A stretch of 64,000 nt of DNA from a bacterium. GTDB lineage: Bacteria > Electryoneota > Electryoneia > Electryoneales > Electryoneaceae. This document shows positions 26,727 to 37,900 of this stretch, piece after piece. The stretch is taken from the NCBI GenBank assembly GCA_963669175.1, contig OY769902.1:1536001-1600000 (forward strand), read 5' to 3'. The notes below the pieces were generated by a model that searched no databases, was not told the origin of the DNA, and worked only from the letters and a program-made list of their open reading frames with translations. Both the position numbers and the translations under genes were made by a program. The number at the start of each line of letters is the position of its first letter. Positions within the stretch are counted from its first letter, which is position 1.

Positions 26727-29700
26727 ATGATGCGCACGGTTGCTTTTGGACGGTTTACTCTGGTCTTTCTTTTGTTTTCTTCTTTCGTTCACGCTGCAAC
26801 GGAAATCGTCCACGAGAGTGATGGCGTCTCTGTTACACGAACCTACCACCATGGCTCCTCGGAGCTGACAGTGCTTTCTTCGACTGATCTGTTGTCTGTT
26901 CTGGAAGAGTATGCCCGTTCCGAAAAGGACGGCGATAAGGTAGAGTTGCAGCAGTCGTTGACGCGGCAGGCTTTGCTTCCCTGTCCTCGTGGGTTCCGGT
27001 ATGAGATCCGGAATGTCGAGACCCGGGTGGGCGCTCGTGTCTCTGATCCGCAGAGTATTGCCTGGTTGGATGCGCACGCTTCGAATGGTACGGAAGCTGT
27101 TGTCCTCGGTGAACCCATGATTTTCAGAGACCTGGTTCTGGCTGATGTGGCCATTACTCCGTTTACCAGGGTTGACGGCGAGTGGTGTCTTCTGGACAGG
27201 ATAGACATTGCGGCGGAACGGGTGCCTGATCTTTCGACGCAGCCCTTGGAAGGTGGCCCTGCCGCTTCGTTCATGGAAGTCTACCGCAGCATCATGACAG
27301 ACGATGAACTGGATGAGATCGGCACACCCACAACAAAAGGTGGGTACCTGCTGGTTTCGCATTCAAGCTACATCGAAGCGTTGAGCGACTGGATTGACTG
27401 GAAAGAGAAAACCGGCTCGCATGTTGAGGTTGTTCAAACTCCTAATCACCCTTCTTATGCAACTGTGCGTGGTCTGATTCAGGCCGCATGGGGCGAATTG
27501 GATGTAAAGCCTGAGTATATCCTCCTGGTTGGTGATCCGGTTTTTGGTAATAACGCCACCATGCCCGGCAATTTTATCGAAAGTGAGTATTCCGGTGAAG
27601 TGATTACAGATTACTCCTATTCGCTTCTTTCCGGGTTGGATTACTGGCCGGAAGCCTGGATTGGCCGCTTTTCCGTGACAAGTTACGCGGAAGCTGTGCG
27701 AGTAGCGAACAAGACGGTCAGTTACGAGCGTGGTGATAACCTTGCCATTGATTCTGACTGGGTCACACGTGGGCTGGTTGTTTGTGACAATACCTACAGC
27801 TCAACCGGGTTGACCAGCAGTTGGATCAGACGGGAGATGCTATCCGGTTCATTTACCGAGGTCGATTCCGTCTGGTATCCACCTACGCAGGTGCCCGGTC
27901 CGATTATCAGTGCGATCAACCTGGGTGTGAGTTGGGTGAACTATCGTGGTTTTGGCAATCCTGCCGGGTGGACCTTCCCGATATTCAGGACGACGGACGT
28001 CAATAGCCTGGTCAACGGATTCCAGTTGCCTGTTGTAACCAGTATTGTCTGTGGTGGGGGTGATTTTGTTGATGGCACAGATCCCTGCCTGGGTGAAGCG
28101 TTTTTACGTGCCGGAAGTGTTAATGAACCAACAGGTGCGGTCGCATTCGTCGGACCAAGTGAACACAATACGCATACACGCTGGAACAATGCCATCAGTA
28201 TGAACCTGTATGCCGGATTGCTGCATGAGAACTTTACCACTTTCGGCAGCCTGGTCTTTCGTGGGAAAATGGGCGTGTATAGTGGTTTTCCCAATAATCG
28301 TTTCCTGGGTACGGAAGAGGAGTCGGTATACTTCTATTTCTTCACGTACAACATTCTCGGCGATCCGGGCTTGACGGTCAGGAATGCGACGCCGGTTGAG
28401 CTTCATATGGCAGTTGCCGATACACTGCTCCTTGGAAGCAATGACCTGCCGGTACTGATTACGGATGATAACGATACGCCGGTTGAAGGCATCAATGTTA
28501 CGGTTGTTACTGAAGATTGGGGTCCGATAAGTCTTCTTTCTGATGCGACCGGGCAGGTGCGCTTTGACTTTACTACTTTCGAACCCCCTGCCGGTAATCT
28601 CTTTATCACTGCGACAGGATTCAACACAATAGCTGCTGTTGATACACTGACAGTGTCCGCTACTCCTGTTACGGTTGCCTTGAGTGACCTTGTCATGTTA
28701 CCGGCTGCAACGGCAGGCGCAACTGTTGAAATTACCCCTACTCTGTGGAACAGAAGCGAAGAAACACTCAGCAATCTGAGCGGGGTTCTGGTTGCTCTTG
28801 AAGAAGGTGTAACTGTTACAGTCGCTGAACAGGAATATGAGGGATCTGTTGCACCGAACGCGCATTTTGGAGAACTAAGCTATGAGATTGAAATAGATGA
28901 AGATGTTCCGAATGGGTTCGATCCTGGCCTGATACTTGAGTTGTATGAAGACGATGATTTAGTGTCAACCGTACGAATTTCGATGAGTGTGGACGCTCCC
29001 TTGATGGCAGTCGTGAATTCTGCTGTTGTAGCTGATGGACCAGGAGATTCAGAGACATTTGCACTGACTTTCCGGAATCATGGTGACGCTGCAATTGATG
29101 CCAGTACGGTGACAATCAGTACCGAGCATCCATGGATTACCCTTGTCAACGCGAGTTCTTCGCTTCAAGCTATTGATGCAGACAACCAGGCGCCAACCGA
29201 GCAGATGTTCAGCTTGACAGTGGCAGAGAATGCTTACCAGGGGTGGACTCTTCCCATGACCTGGACACTAGAAGCCGAGTCTGGGAGAACTGAATCAGGC
29301 GCGTTAGTGTTGGTCCTGGGCGATGCGGATACGACAGATCCCTACGGGCCCGACAGTTATGGGTACGTCGCCTTTGATGATTGTGATGAAAACTACTTCC
29401 ACCGTCCACGTTTTGACTGGTACGAGATTGATCCTGAATATGGTGGATCCGGGACGGCGCTTGATTTCTCCGATAACTGGTATGAACAGGATGAGAGCGC
29501 CATGCTGGCGCTGCCCTTCTCATTCACGTTCTATGGGCAGGAATTTGATACGATTACAGTTTGTACAAATGGCTGGTTGAAGTTTGGCGATACCGGTGAA
29601 GTGCAATTCCGGAATTGGAATCTCCTGGGTGGTCCCTCTCCGAACAACCTGGTCGCCCCGTTCTGGGATGACCTGATCATGGCTGGCGGACGAGTTGTTT

Positions 29701-31505
29701 TCAAGTACCAGGAAGAGCTGGACCGTTACATCGTGCAATGGTCACGGATGAAGCTTCCGACTCAATATCACACGGAGATAACCCAGACCTTCCAGGCCAT
29801 TCTTTATGACCCTGCTGAACACCCGACAACGACAGGGGATGGTATTATTGATTTTCAATACCTGGAAGTCAATGATGGCGATACCGGTGAAAATTACTCC
29901 ACTGTCGGGATTCGTAACTGTGATGGCACAGCCGCGACAGAGCTACGCTACGCAAACATCTCACCGGATGCTGTCAGTGCGATTGGCGCGGAACGAGCGT
30001 ACAGGATCACGACCGATACGGAACCGGCAGGCTCCGGAACCAGGATCGCATCCATCAACATGATTGATGATGGCTCCATGGGGTCTGGGGGTGATGGTGA
30101 TGGCTTCCCTGACAATAACGAAACGATAGCCTTGAGGCTGTCGGCAATAAACCTGGGGACATTGCAAAACCAGGATGTTACCGTAAGTGTCAGTACAGAA
30201 GATCCCTATATCGATATTGCCCAGGGATCGGCAACATTCAGCAACCTTGATCCGTTTGAAACCGTACAGGCTGATCAACCGCTTCTGGTTTCGATCAGCC
30301 AGGTTGTGCCTGACCAGGAACAGGTCGTGTTGTTATTGACGCTTACGGATGAGGACAACAACACCTATCTCGAGTGGCTTACCCTGGAAATCCGGTCAGC
30401 GAGGTTGGAGATATCCAATACTGTAGTTTACGACCTTGCTCCCGGTGGCAATGGCAATGGCTGGGCGGAACCCGGTGAAACGATTGAACTGGGAATGATG
30501 TTGACCAATGCCGGGCGCAATGATATTGGCGCCGCAACCATTGTTCTTGAAGCGGATCTTGACAATTACGTTACGATTGTTCAAGACGAACTTACTCTCG
30601 AATCGCTGGAAGCCGGTCAGACGGTAACACTGCCGGACAGGTTTGAAATAGAAGTGTCGCCTGACTGTCCGGAATTTGCTGTCCTGCGCCTGCCGATTCG
30701 TTTCAGCCAGAATGGCGAGGAATTCCCGGTTGATTCGATGGCGCTTTCGATTGGTGAGTATTGTTTCTACGAAGACTTTGAAGGAGAGCTGAACAACCAG
30801 TGGGGGATGGTGCAGGGAGAATGGCATGTCTCGACTCTGGAAGCCTTCTCACCTTCTCATTCAATTCGCTGGGGTGCAGAAGACGGTAGCGACTATTCTG
30901 CAAACCGACGGGACCGGTTGATCACCAATCCATTTACCACGACTGGCTCGCTGGTAACCAGTTTTAACGCCAAATGGTCACTTGGAACGGGCGATACGGT
31001 CAGGATAGACCTGGTGCAGATCGGAGCCGACACATTCCACTTGGTGACATGTACCGGCGTCATGGATGAATGGCAGAGCTACGATATGGAGACCTGGCTT
31101 TCCAACAGCGAGCGTAACATCTCCCTATTGATGACAGCCACATCTAATCCTTACGGCACCGGCACCGGTTTTTACGCGGATGACATACGAATCCGTGAAG
31201 ACGAAGTGGGTGTTTCCGAACAGGAATCTGCCGGAATACCGGAAACTTATGATCTGGTCGGACCCTATCCAAACCCGTTCAATCCACAGACCGTAGTCCG
31301 TGTTGATCTGCCACAGGCATCCAGTGTACAGGTGGACGTTTTCGATGTATTGGGCAGGCAGGTGGCCACTTTGCTGGATACCCATCTGGCCGCGGGGAGG
31401 CATGAGGTGATCTGGACCGCCGATAATTTTGCCAGTGGGCTATATTTCATTCGCATGAGGACAGCAAATGTTCGTATAATAAGGAAGGCGGTGGTTTTGA
31501 AGTAG
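26727..31505 (+). CDS. Secreted peptidase C25 (gingipain-like) multidomain protein with T9SS type-A-like CTD
   Basis: GGAGG SD; signal peptide; YILLVGD, IGRFSV, VNYRGFG, TSIVCGGGDF, CLGEAFL, YNILGDPGL; Ig-like repeats; PYPNPFNP...ASGLYFIR...KAVVLK. Confidence 0.88.
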   Translation: MMRTVAFGRFTLVFLLFSSFVHAATEIVHESDGVSVTRTYHHGSSELTVLSSTDLLSVLEEYARSEKDGDKVELQQSLTRQALLPCPRGFRYEIRNVETRVGARVSDPQSIAWLDAHASNGTEAVVLGEPMIFRDLVLADVAITPFTRVDGEWCLLDRIDIAAERVPDLSTQPLEGGPAASFMEVYRSIMTDDELDEIGTPTTKGGYLLVSHSSYIEALSDWIDWKEKTGSHVEVVQTPNHPSYATVRGLIQAAWGELDVKPEYILLVGDPVFGNNATMPGNFIESEYSGEVITDYSYSLLSGLDYWPEAWIGRFSVTSYAEAVRVANKTVSYERGDNLAIDSDWVTRGLVVCDNTYSSTGLTSSWIRREMLSGSFTEVDSVWYPPTQVPGPIISAINLGVSWVNYRGFGNPAGWTFPIFRTTDVNSLVNGFQLPVVTSIVCGGGDFVDGTDPCLGEAFLRAGSVNEPTGAVAFVGPSEHNTHTRWNNAISMNLYAGLLHENFTTFGSLVFRGKMGVYSGFPNNRFLGTEEESVYFYFFTYNILGDPGLTVRNATPVELHMAVADTLLLGSNDLPVLITDDNDTPVEGINVTVVTEDWGPISLLSDATGQVRFDFTTFEPPAGNLFITATGFNTIAAVDTLTVSATPVTVALSDLVMLPAATAGATVEITPTLWNRSEETLSNLSGVLVALEEGVTVTVAEQEYEGSVAPNAHFGELSYEIEIDEDVPNGFDPGLILELYEDDDLVSTVRISMSVDAPLMAVVNSAVVADGPGDSETFALTFRNHGDAAIDASTVTISTEHPWITLVNASSSLQAIDADNQAPTEQMFSLTVAENAYQGWTLPMTWTLEAESGRTESGALVLVLGDADTTDPYGPDSYGYVAFDDCDENYFHRPRFDWYEIDPEYGGSGTALDFSDNWYEQDESAMLALPFSFTFYGQEFDTITVCTNGWLKFGDTGEVQFRNWNLLGGPSPNNLVAPFWDDLIMAGGRVVFKYQEELDRYIVQWSRMKLPTQYHTEITQTFQAILYDPAEHPTTTGDGIIDFQYLEVNDGDTGENYSTVGIRNCDGTAATELRYANISPDAVSAIGAERAYRITTDTEPAGSGTRIASINMIDDGSMGSGGDGDGFPDNNETIALRLSAINLGTLQNQDVTVSVSTEDPYIDIAQGSATFSNLDPFETVQADQPLLVSISQVVPDQEQVVLLLTLTDEDNNTYLEWLTLEIRSARLEISNTVVYDLAPGGNGNGWAEPGETIELGMMLTNAGRNDIGAATIVLEADLDNYVTIVQDELTLESLEAGQTVTLPDRFEIEVSPDCPEFAVLRLPIRFSQNGEEFPVDSMALSIGEYCFYEDFEGELNNQWGMVQGEWHVSTLEAFSPSHSIRWGAEDGSDYSANRRDRLITNPFTTTGSLVTSFNAKWSLGTGDTVRIDLVQIGADTFHLVTCTGVMDEWQSYDMETWLSNSERNISLLMTATSNPYGTGTGFYADDIRIREDEVGVSEQESAGIPETYDLVGPYPNPFNPQTVVRVDLPQASSVQVDVFDVLGRQVATLLDTHLAAGRHEVIWTADNFASGLYFIRMRTANVRIIRKAVVLK

Positions 31506-31731
31506 GGGGCAAACAGTGTCTGGGTTGTGCTCGCTACTCATGCGCCTTACCTTGCTATGGCAGGTAGTTTGATAGGCTTTCCACAGATTTAGAAAAACAA
31601 CACTTTACGGTGTCGATGATAACAACGCTTCTGTTTGCCTTTGAGAAATAGTGCGGCACGGCTGCTACAGGTACGGAAACGACACCAACATGGAGGCGCG
31701 CAACCCGGAGAATTTGCGCAATGAGTTTACC

Positions 31732-34700
31732 ATGAAGGTTCACGCTTTCTTCCAGAGAGCGGGTGTGCTATTGGCTGTGCTGCTGATTACGGTGGCGTGT
31801 GTTCTGCCGGTGCATGCTCGCGCGGTCTACAGTGGTGGTCTCGGTGAGGTGCTTGAAGAGGCCGAGCCAGACAGCTTCATTCCTCTCCTTGTCTTGTTTA
31901 ACAAACCTTTACATGCGTCCGAAGTACGGCTTGAGATCCAGGGGATGAGTCTCCCGGAACGACGCGAACACGTGGTTGGCCGTCTGAAAGAACATCTTGT
32001 AGAGGTCGCGCTCCGTCCGATCAACTGGATGGAAAACGAGTACATGGAGGGTCGAGCGGATCATCTGGAGCCGCTGTGGCTGGCAAATGGGTACGTGTTG
32101 CAGCTTCGAGCAGACCGTGTTGAACGACTGGCAGAGTTCAGGGAAATTCAGACCCTGCATTTTGATCGACCGGTTTCCTTTGATGAATCCAACGATGAAG
32201 CGCCCTGGACTGATCCCGGTGATGTTCCCATGGATGATATCGGGTGGGGAGTGGAGACGATAGGTACGCTTGCGCTCTGGGATCAGGGGTATCGTGGAAG
32301 AGGAGCCCTTGTTGCCGTGATTGACACGGGGATGGATCTCGATCATCCTGACCTGGAAAACCAGCTCTGGACCAATGTGGATGAGATCCCCGGTAACAAT
32401 ATGGATGACGATAACAATGGCTATATAGATGACGTTCATGGTTGGAATTTCTATGATGATAATAACAATCTCATGGATGTCCAGGGGCATGGCACCAAGT
32501 GCGCCGGAGTATTGGTAGGGAACGGGACTAACGGCGATACTACCGGCATCGCTCCCGAAGCAGAGCTGATGGTGATCCGAAACTATGACAGTAACTGGTC
32601 CAGTGAAGCGACTCATTTGCTTGCAGTGCAGTACGCTCTGAACAATGGCGCCAGTGTGATCAGTTGTTCCATGTCCTATGAACATAATCCAGATGCCATG
32701 GATGTATCCCATCGGACAGTCCAGGAATTTGCTCTTCTGGGTGGTTTGATCCAGGCCAATTCCATGGGGAACAATGGGGACGGCAACGAGCCTTACAACA
32801 TCAACGCGCCAGCTCGTTGTCCACATCCCTGGTTACCACCGGAACAGACCCTTGTTGGCGGAACAGCGGCGATGATCAGTGTCGGCGCTCATAATACCAG
32901 CGGGACAGTCTGGTATTACAGCACCGAAGGGCCAACCGAGTGGGACAATGAGGCGTTTCCGGATAACTATTGTGATTATCCGTATGATGATGGCGCCAGC
33001 CTTGGCCTGTTAAAGCCGACTATTGTTGCGCCTGCCAGCACACCCACGACCTCGTGGACAGGCGGCTATACTACATTTACCGGTGAATCGTCGTCCACGC
33101 CGCATGTCGGCGGGGCGCTTATCCTGTTACGTTCCATCCATCCGCAGGCAACCCCGGAAGACCTCACCGAGGCGATTATAAACAGCGCTGAAGACGGTGG
33201 CGATCCCGGTTTTGATAATCTCTATGGCGCTGGCAGATTGCGTGTCGATCTGGCGCATGAGTACCTGGACAACATGTTTGATTATGCCAGCCTGACTGCG
33301 ACCATAACCGATACGAATGGTGTTACGATACCGAACGCCAAGGTTGTGCTGGGTAGCAGTGAAATCATCGTGTACAGCAACGATGATGGGGCGGCGGTCA
33401 TGGAACGGGTGCAGCCCGGTGAATACGATATCTATGTGATTGCGGACGACTATAACCCCGGCATTGAAGCGGATGTACAGTTTACCGGTGGTGACGACGT
33501 TGAGATGACAATTGAACTGGAACCCTCGACTCCCGGCGGCGGGGTACAGATCCTGCCGGATGAGATTATCGAGACAATCGAGGTTGATGACGTCCTCGAG
33601 CAGACATTTGTAATCACGAACCTGTTTGACCATTCGATACAGGTTCTCCCGAGGCTGAAAACCCAGGACGAGACCGACTGGGAGCTGGATCGCAGTATTA
33701 CGATCAACCAGGACATCCTCCCCATGGCGCTTGCAGTGCGTGATTGTACCGTGTTCCTGTGGGGATACCGTGAGCCTGACAGCTACCGGATATGGGAGCT
33801 GGACCTGGATGGTTTTGTACAGGACAGTCTTGACCTTGCCGAGGAATTCCACGAGCAGCGTCGCTATGACCTCGCTTTTGATGGAGAATCCGGGTATTTC
33901 GCAGCGCGTGGTGACACGATTTACCACTTCAACGAGGAGTGGGCCATCGACAGTACGCTCGGTGTGAATGTGCCCAATGACCAGATTTTCTCCCTGGCCT
34001 TTGATCCGATTTTGAACCGTTATTTCCTGGGTGTCACAGACAGCGTTCTGATGATCATGGACAGTCTCGGACAGGAAACAGGAATGTACGTGCTGGCCGA
34101 GGATGCCAATGTCATGGTGTTTAACCCTGATGATGAGCAGGGCGCCAGTGTGTATTACCAGTCGGCAGATGATGTTGACGTTACCACATTGCTTCGTGTC
34201 CGTCTCAGTGACGGTGTCCTGGATACACTGACAACTCTGCATGAGACCGTACAAGGACGGTTGGTTGGATTGCTGCTGGATCGTTCTACGGATTCGCCAT
34301 TCTGGAGTGTCGGCGCCTTTTTCGACCAGGCGCCCTTGTACATGTACCGTCGTGAACTGGATTACACCTGTTACTCGATTGAGGATACTGTTGTCGTTTA
34401 TTCGCTGGAAAGTGAGCAGGTTGGGTTTGATCTGGTCGGCAACCGGTTCCGGGAGGGCAGCAGGTATGATCTGTTGCTGGAATGGGCCGACCTTTACGGA
34501 GAATGGGTGATCGAAACCCCGCTGACCATCGATGTAATCCAGTATGTGGAAGACGGTCCGGAAGATACGCCATTGCCGTATACGACTGAGCTGATGCCGC
34601 CCTTCCCGAACCCGTTCAACAGCCAGGTGCAGTTGAGCTATCGCCTGGGTGAGACGGCCGAAGTCAGCCTCGCGGTGTACAATGTGCTGGGCCAGAAAGT

Positions 34701-34842
34701 GTCGCAACTGGTGCAGGGCCGTAAACCCGCCGGGCAGTACGAAGCCACCTGGATTGGCGACGGCATGGCGACAGGTGTGTATGTCGCTGTCCTTCACGTC
34801 GGCAAGGAACGCTATGCGGTGAAGATGACCCTGATCAGGTAG
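31732..34842 (+). CDS. Secreted S8 (subtilisin-like) peptidase with T9SS type-A-like CTD
   Basis: Signal peptide, prodomain, AVIDTG, HGTKCAG, ANSMGN, GESSSTPHVGG; carboxypeptidase-regulatory-like domain; PFPNPFN CTD. Confidence 0.9.
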   Translation: MKVHAFFQRAGVLLAVLLITVACVLPVHARAVYSGGLGEVLEEAEPDSFIPLLVLFNKPLHASEVRLEIQGMSLPERREHVVGRLKEHLVEVALRPINWMENEYMEGRADHLEPLWLANGYVLQLRADRVERLAEFREIQTLHFDRPVSFDESNDEAPWTDPGDVPMDDIGWGVETIGTLALWDQGYRGRGALVAVIDTGMDLDHPDLENQLWTNVDEIPGNNMDDDNNGYIDDVHGWNFYDDNNNLMDVQGHGTKCAGVLVGNGTNGDTTGIAPEAELMVIRNYDSNWSSEATHLLAVQYALNNGASVISCSMSYEHNPDAMDVSHRTVQEFALLGGLIQANSMGNNGDGNEPYNINAPARCPHPWLPPEQTLVGGTAAMISVGAHNTSGTVWYYSTEGPTEWDNEAFPDNYCDYPYDDGASLGLLKPTIVAPASTPTTSWTGGYTTFTGESSSTPHVGGALILLRSIHPQATPEDLTEAIINSAEDGGDPGFDNLYGAGRLRVDLAHEYLDNMFDYASLTATITDTNGVTIPNAKVVLGSSEIIVYSNDDGAAVMERVQPGEYDIYVIADDYNPGIEADVQFTGGDDVEMTIELEPSTPGGGVQILPDEIIETIEVDDVLEQTFVITNLFDHSIQVLPRLKTQDETDWELDRSITINQDILPMALAVRDCTVFLWGYREPDSYRIWELDLDGFVQDSLDLAEEFHEQRRYDLAFDGESGYFAARGDTIYHFNEEWAIDSTLGVNVPNDQIFSLAFDPILNRYFLGVTDSVLMIMDSLGQETGMYVLAEDANVMVFNPDDEQGASVYYQSADDVDVTTLLRVRLSDGVLDTLTTLHETVQGRLVGLLLDRSTDSPFWSVGAFFDQAPLYMYRRELDYTCYSIEDTVVVYSLESEQVGFDLVGNRFREGSRYDLLLEWADLYGEWVIETPLTIDVIQYVEDGPEDTPLPYTTELMPPFPNPFNSQVQLSYRLGETAEVSLAVYNVLGQKVSQLVQGRKPAGQYEATWIGDGMATGVYVAVLHVGKERYAVKMTLIR

Positions 34843-34875
34843 TTCAGTAAAGCATTTTTAATCATGCGACTTTCA

Positions 34876-34903
34876 GACCGCTCGGAACTCCGGGCGGTTT
34901 TTT
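34876..34903 (+). terminator. Intrinsic terminator
   Basis: gaccgctcgga/tccgggcggtt stem + T-tract. Confidence 0.7.
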
Positions 34904-34988
34904 ATCTCGGTGAGTATATCACCGCTTGACTTTACTGCAATTCAAGACACAGTTTATATCATCCAATGAATATTCCACGGAGAAGACG

Positions 34989-37900
34989 ATGCGCGCAAAA
35001 CTAACCGCCAAGCCTGCTGTTTGGACTTTTCTCATTTGTGTTTCCCTCTTCAGTGCGATCCTGCTGGTGATTCCGGGGAAATCGTATGCCGGAGCGCGTT
35101 ATGCGGATGGCCTGGAAAAAGCTGTAGCGTCCGCTCAACCCGGTGAAAAGATCCCTGTACTGGTGCAGTTTTATGGCGCTATCAGCCGTGCAGAGTTCCA
35201 CCAGGCGCTGGAAGGATTGACCGGTGATGAACGTCGTGAAGCGGGCATCGAGTTGCTGCGTTCCAACCTGTTCAAGCAGGCGGGGAATGCGATTGCGTGG
35301 ATCGAGAATGAAGAGGCGGAAGGACGCGCTTTTGCGGCCTATTCTTTCTGGTTGGGGAATGGGTATGTAATGTCTTTGCAGGCGGATCGTATCGCATTGC
35401 TGGCTGAATTTCCCGAAGTCGAATCCATCGTCTACACGCCACCCCGTCCCATCCCGGAAATTGACGAGGGCGATCCCTGGACTGATCCCGGTGAGGTGGA
35501 GCTGGACGATTTGGTGTGGGGCGTGGAGGATATCCAGACACGCGATATGTGGGCTGAAGGTTATACCGGAGAAGGCATCTTGCTGGCCATTATCGATACA
35601 GGCTGCCTGCTTACTCATCCGGATCTGGCCGATCATATCTGGAATAACGCAAATGAAATTCCGGACAACGGGCTGGATGACGACGACAACGAGTATGTCG
35701 ATGATATCCATGGCTGGAATTTTGTGGATGATGACAACGATGTGATGGATGTCCATGGGCATGGGACAAAGGTGGCCGGAGTGCTGGTAGGTGATGGCGC
35801 CATGGGCGATACGACTGGCGTAGCGCCCGGGGCAGAAATCATTGTGATCAGAAACTACGGACTTGGTCATACATCCGAGAATTTTCACAGCCTGGCGGTT
35901 CAATATGCCGTAGGGGTTGGCGCTGATTTCATCAGTTGCTCCATGTCCTACGAGCATGAAGGCAACGAGATGGATGTCAGCATTCGTCAAACCATGGAGC
36001 TGGTGGCTGAATTGGAAATTATTCAGACCAATTCGATGGGGAACAAAGGCGCGTTTAGCGGCAACCTGTACAATGTCAACCTGCCGGGCCGTTGTCCGCC
36101 GCCCTGGCTGCATCCGGATCAGGATGTACGTGGGGGCGCCAGCGCTATCCTGGGCATCGGCTATTACGAACGCTCGGGAGCGAACAGGGTGATCGGAGAG
36201 CACAGCACAGAAGGCCCTGCAGTGTGGCAGGAAGAAACATTTCCCCTGGAATACCAGGATTACCCGTATATCGCGGGTGGACTTCTCAAACCCGACATTG
36301 TAGCGCCCGGAAATGTGACCAGCACGAAGTGGAATCCCACTCCAAATTCCTACTACACGAATTTTACCGCAGAATCTTCTGCTACTCCTCATGTAGCAGG
36401 CGCCCTGGCATTGCTGAAGCAGGCGCATCCTGACGCCAGTATCGTTGACCTGGTTCGTGCGCTGAAAATGAGCGCTCTGGACAGGGGCGATCATGGGCAT
36501 GATAACATCTGGGGCGCGGGCATGCTGCGTATTCATGATGCTCATGAATACCTGACCATGATGGAAAACATGGGGACTCTAAGGCTTATTTCGCTTGATC
36601 AAGCAGGTCGCATTTTGGACAATGTCTATTACACGATTAGTGACAGCACCGGTTTCTACATGTCAAGAGTGGTTGCTTACACGGAATTGCCGGCAGGCGC
36701 CTACACCCTGAATCTGCACAAGTATGGGTACGACGATATCACCAATGTGCAAGCGATCGTTTCGCCCAATGATACGACCAACTACCGTGTACGTTTCAAC
36801 AAGATTGAGTTTCCCAATTCCATCACCTTGTCGCCGAGTAATACTACACATGTCGACGTTGGTTTGGCTGATACGGTTGCGCAGGTTTTCACCATCACCA
36901 ATGAATCGGGGGAAGCGATCACTGTAACCGGCAGTATTTACGATTATAACTTTGGCTATTCATTTGCAGCACAAGGGATACAGCGTTTCCAGTTCGACCT
37001 GTCTTCTGCTACAGTTCGCGGACTGGGCTTTGTGGATACGACCTATTACATCCTGGGACAACGTGATGAACAGGACGCCACACCGATGATGTGGCACGCA
37101 GATTCGGCCGGGAATTTGATTGATAGTGTTGCCCAGGCAGATGATTTCGGTGAAAATGGGTTGGGCGACCTGGCTATCACTCATGACAACCTTATCTTTG
37201 CAGCGCCCTACTCAGGGGATAATGCCGACATTATTTATACACTGGGGCCGGACTGGAGTATTCTTAACAGCATGACCTCCCCGGTTGCGCCGGTTCGAGG
37301 GTTGGCTGTTGATGAAGAAGAAGGTGTGCTGTATGTCCGGGAGGCTGACGGGACAATCCACAAGACCACCATGAATGGTATCCTGCTATCTACGTATGCA
37401 GCGCCATATCTATTTGGTGAGGAAGGCAGCCTGTTCTACTATGCGGACGGCAAGACCGGCCCGGAGCTGATCGTGATCTCCGGGGAACAGGATGGCGATT
37501 TATATATCGAAATTCTGCACCTCTCCACGAACGAATTTGAACTGATAACCAGTGTCCCCGGCAATAACTATAATCCAGTATTTACCAATGAGCCCATACG
37601 ATATGCCAGCTATGAGATCGGGCTATTAGGAATCGTTAATGCTGGCATTCATCGGTTTGCGTTGAACAAAGGTGAGCATGCAGTTTCTATTCCCAATCCA
37701 ATCACAGTTGAGCCCGGCGCTTCGGTAGATGTGGAGTTCGAATTCTACAGCGAATGGTGGAGGATACCCAACTGGAACGAGTTCCAGAAGGTGGTTTTCG
37801 CTGATGGACCACGTGCGCTGCTGGGTGAAATCTATATTGATGTTACTGGGGTTGACGATGAACCGTCCCAAGCGATTCCCTTCACCACAGAGCTGCACCC

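Noticed and set aside
33127-36545. Long antisense ORFs (556 aa and 514 aa)
   Set aside because: Shadows of the S8 genes caused by codon bias; no recognisable motifs. The same applies to 2288-3133, 13585-14403 and 31909-32826
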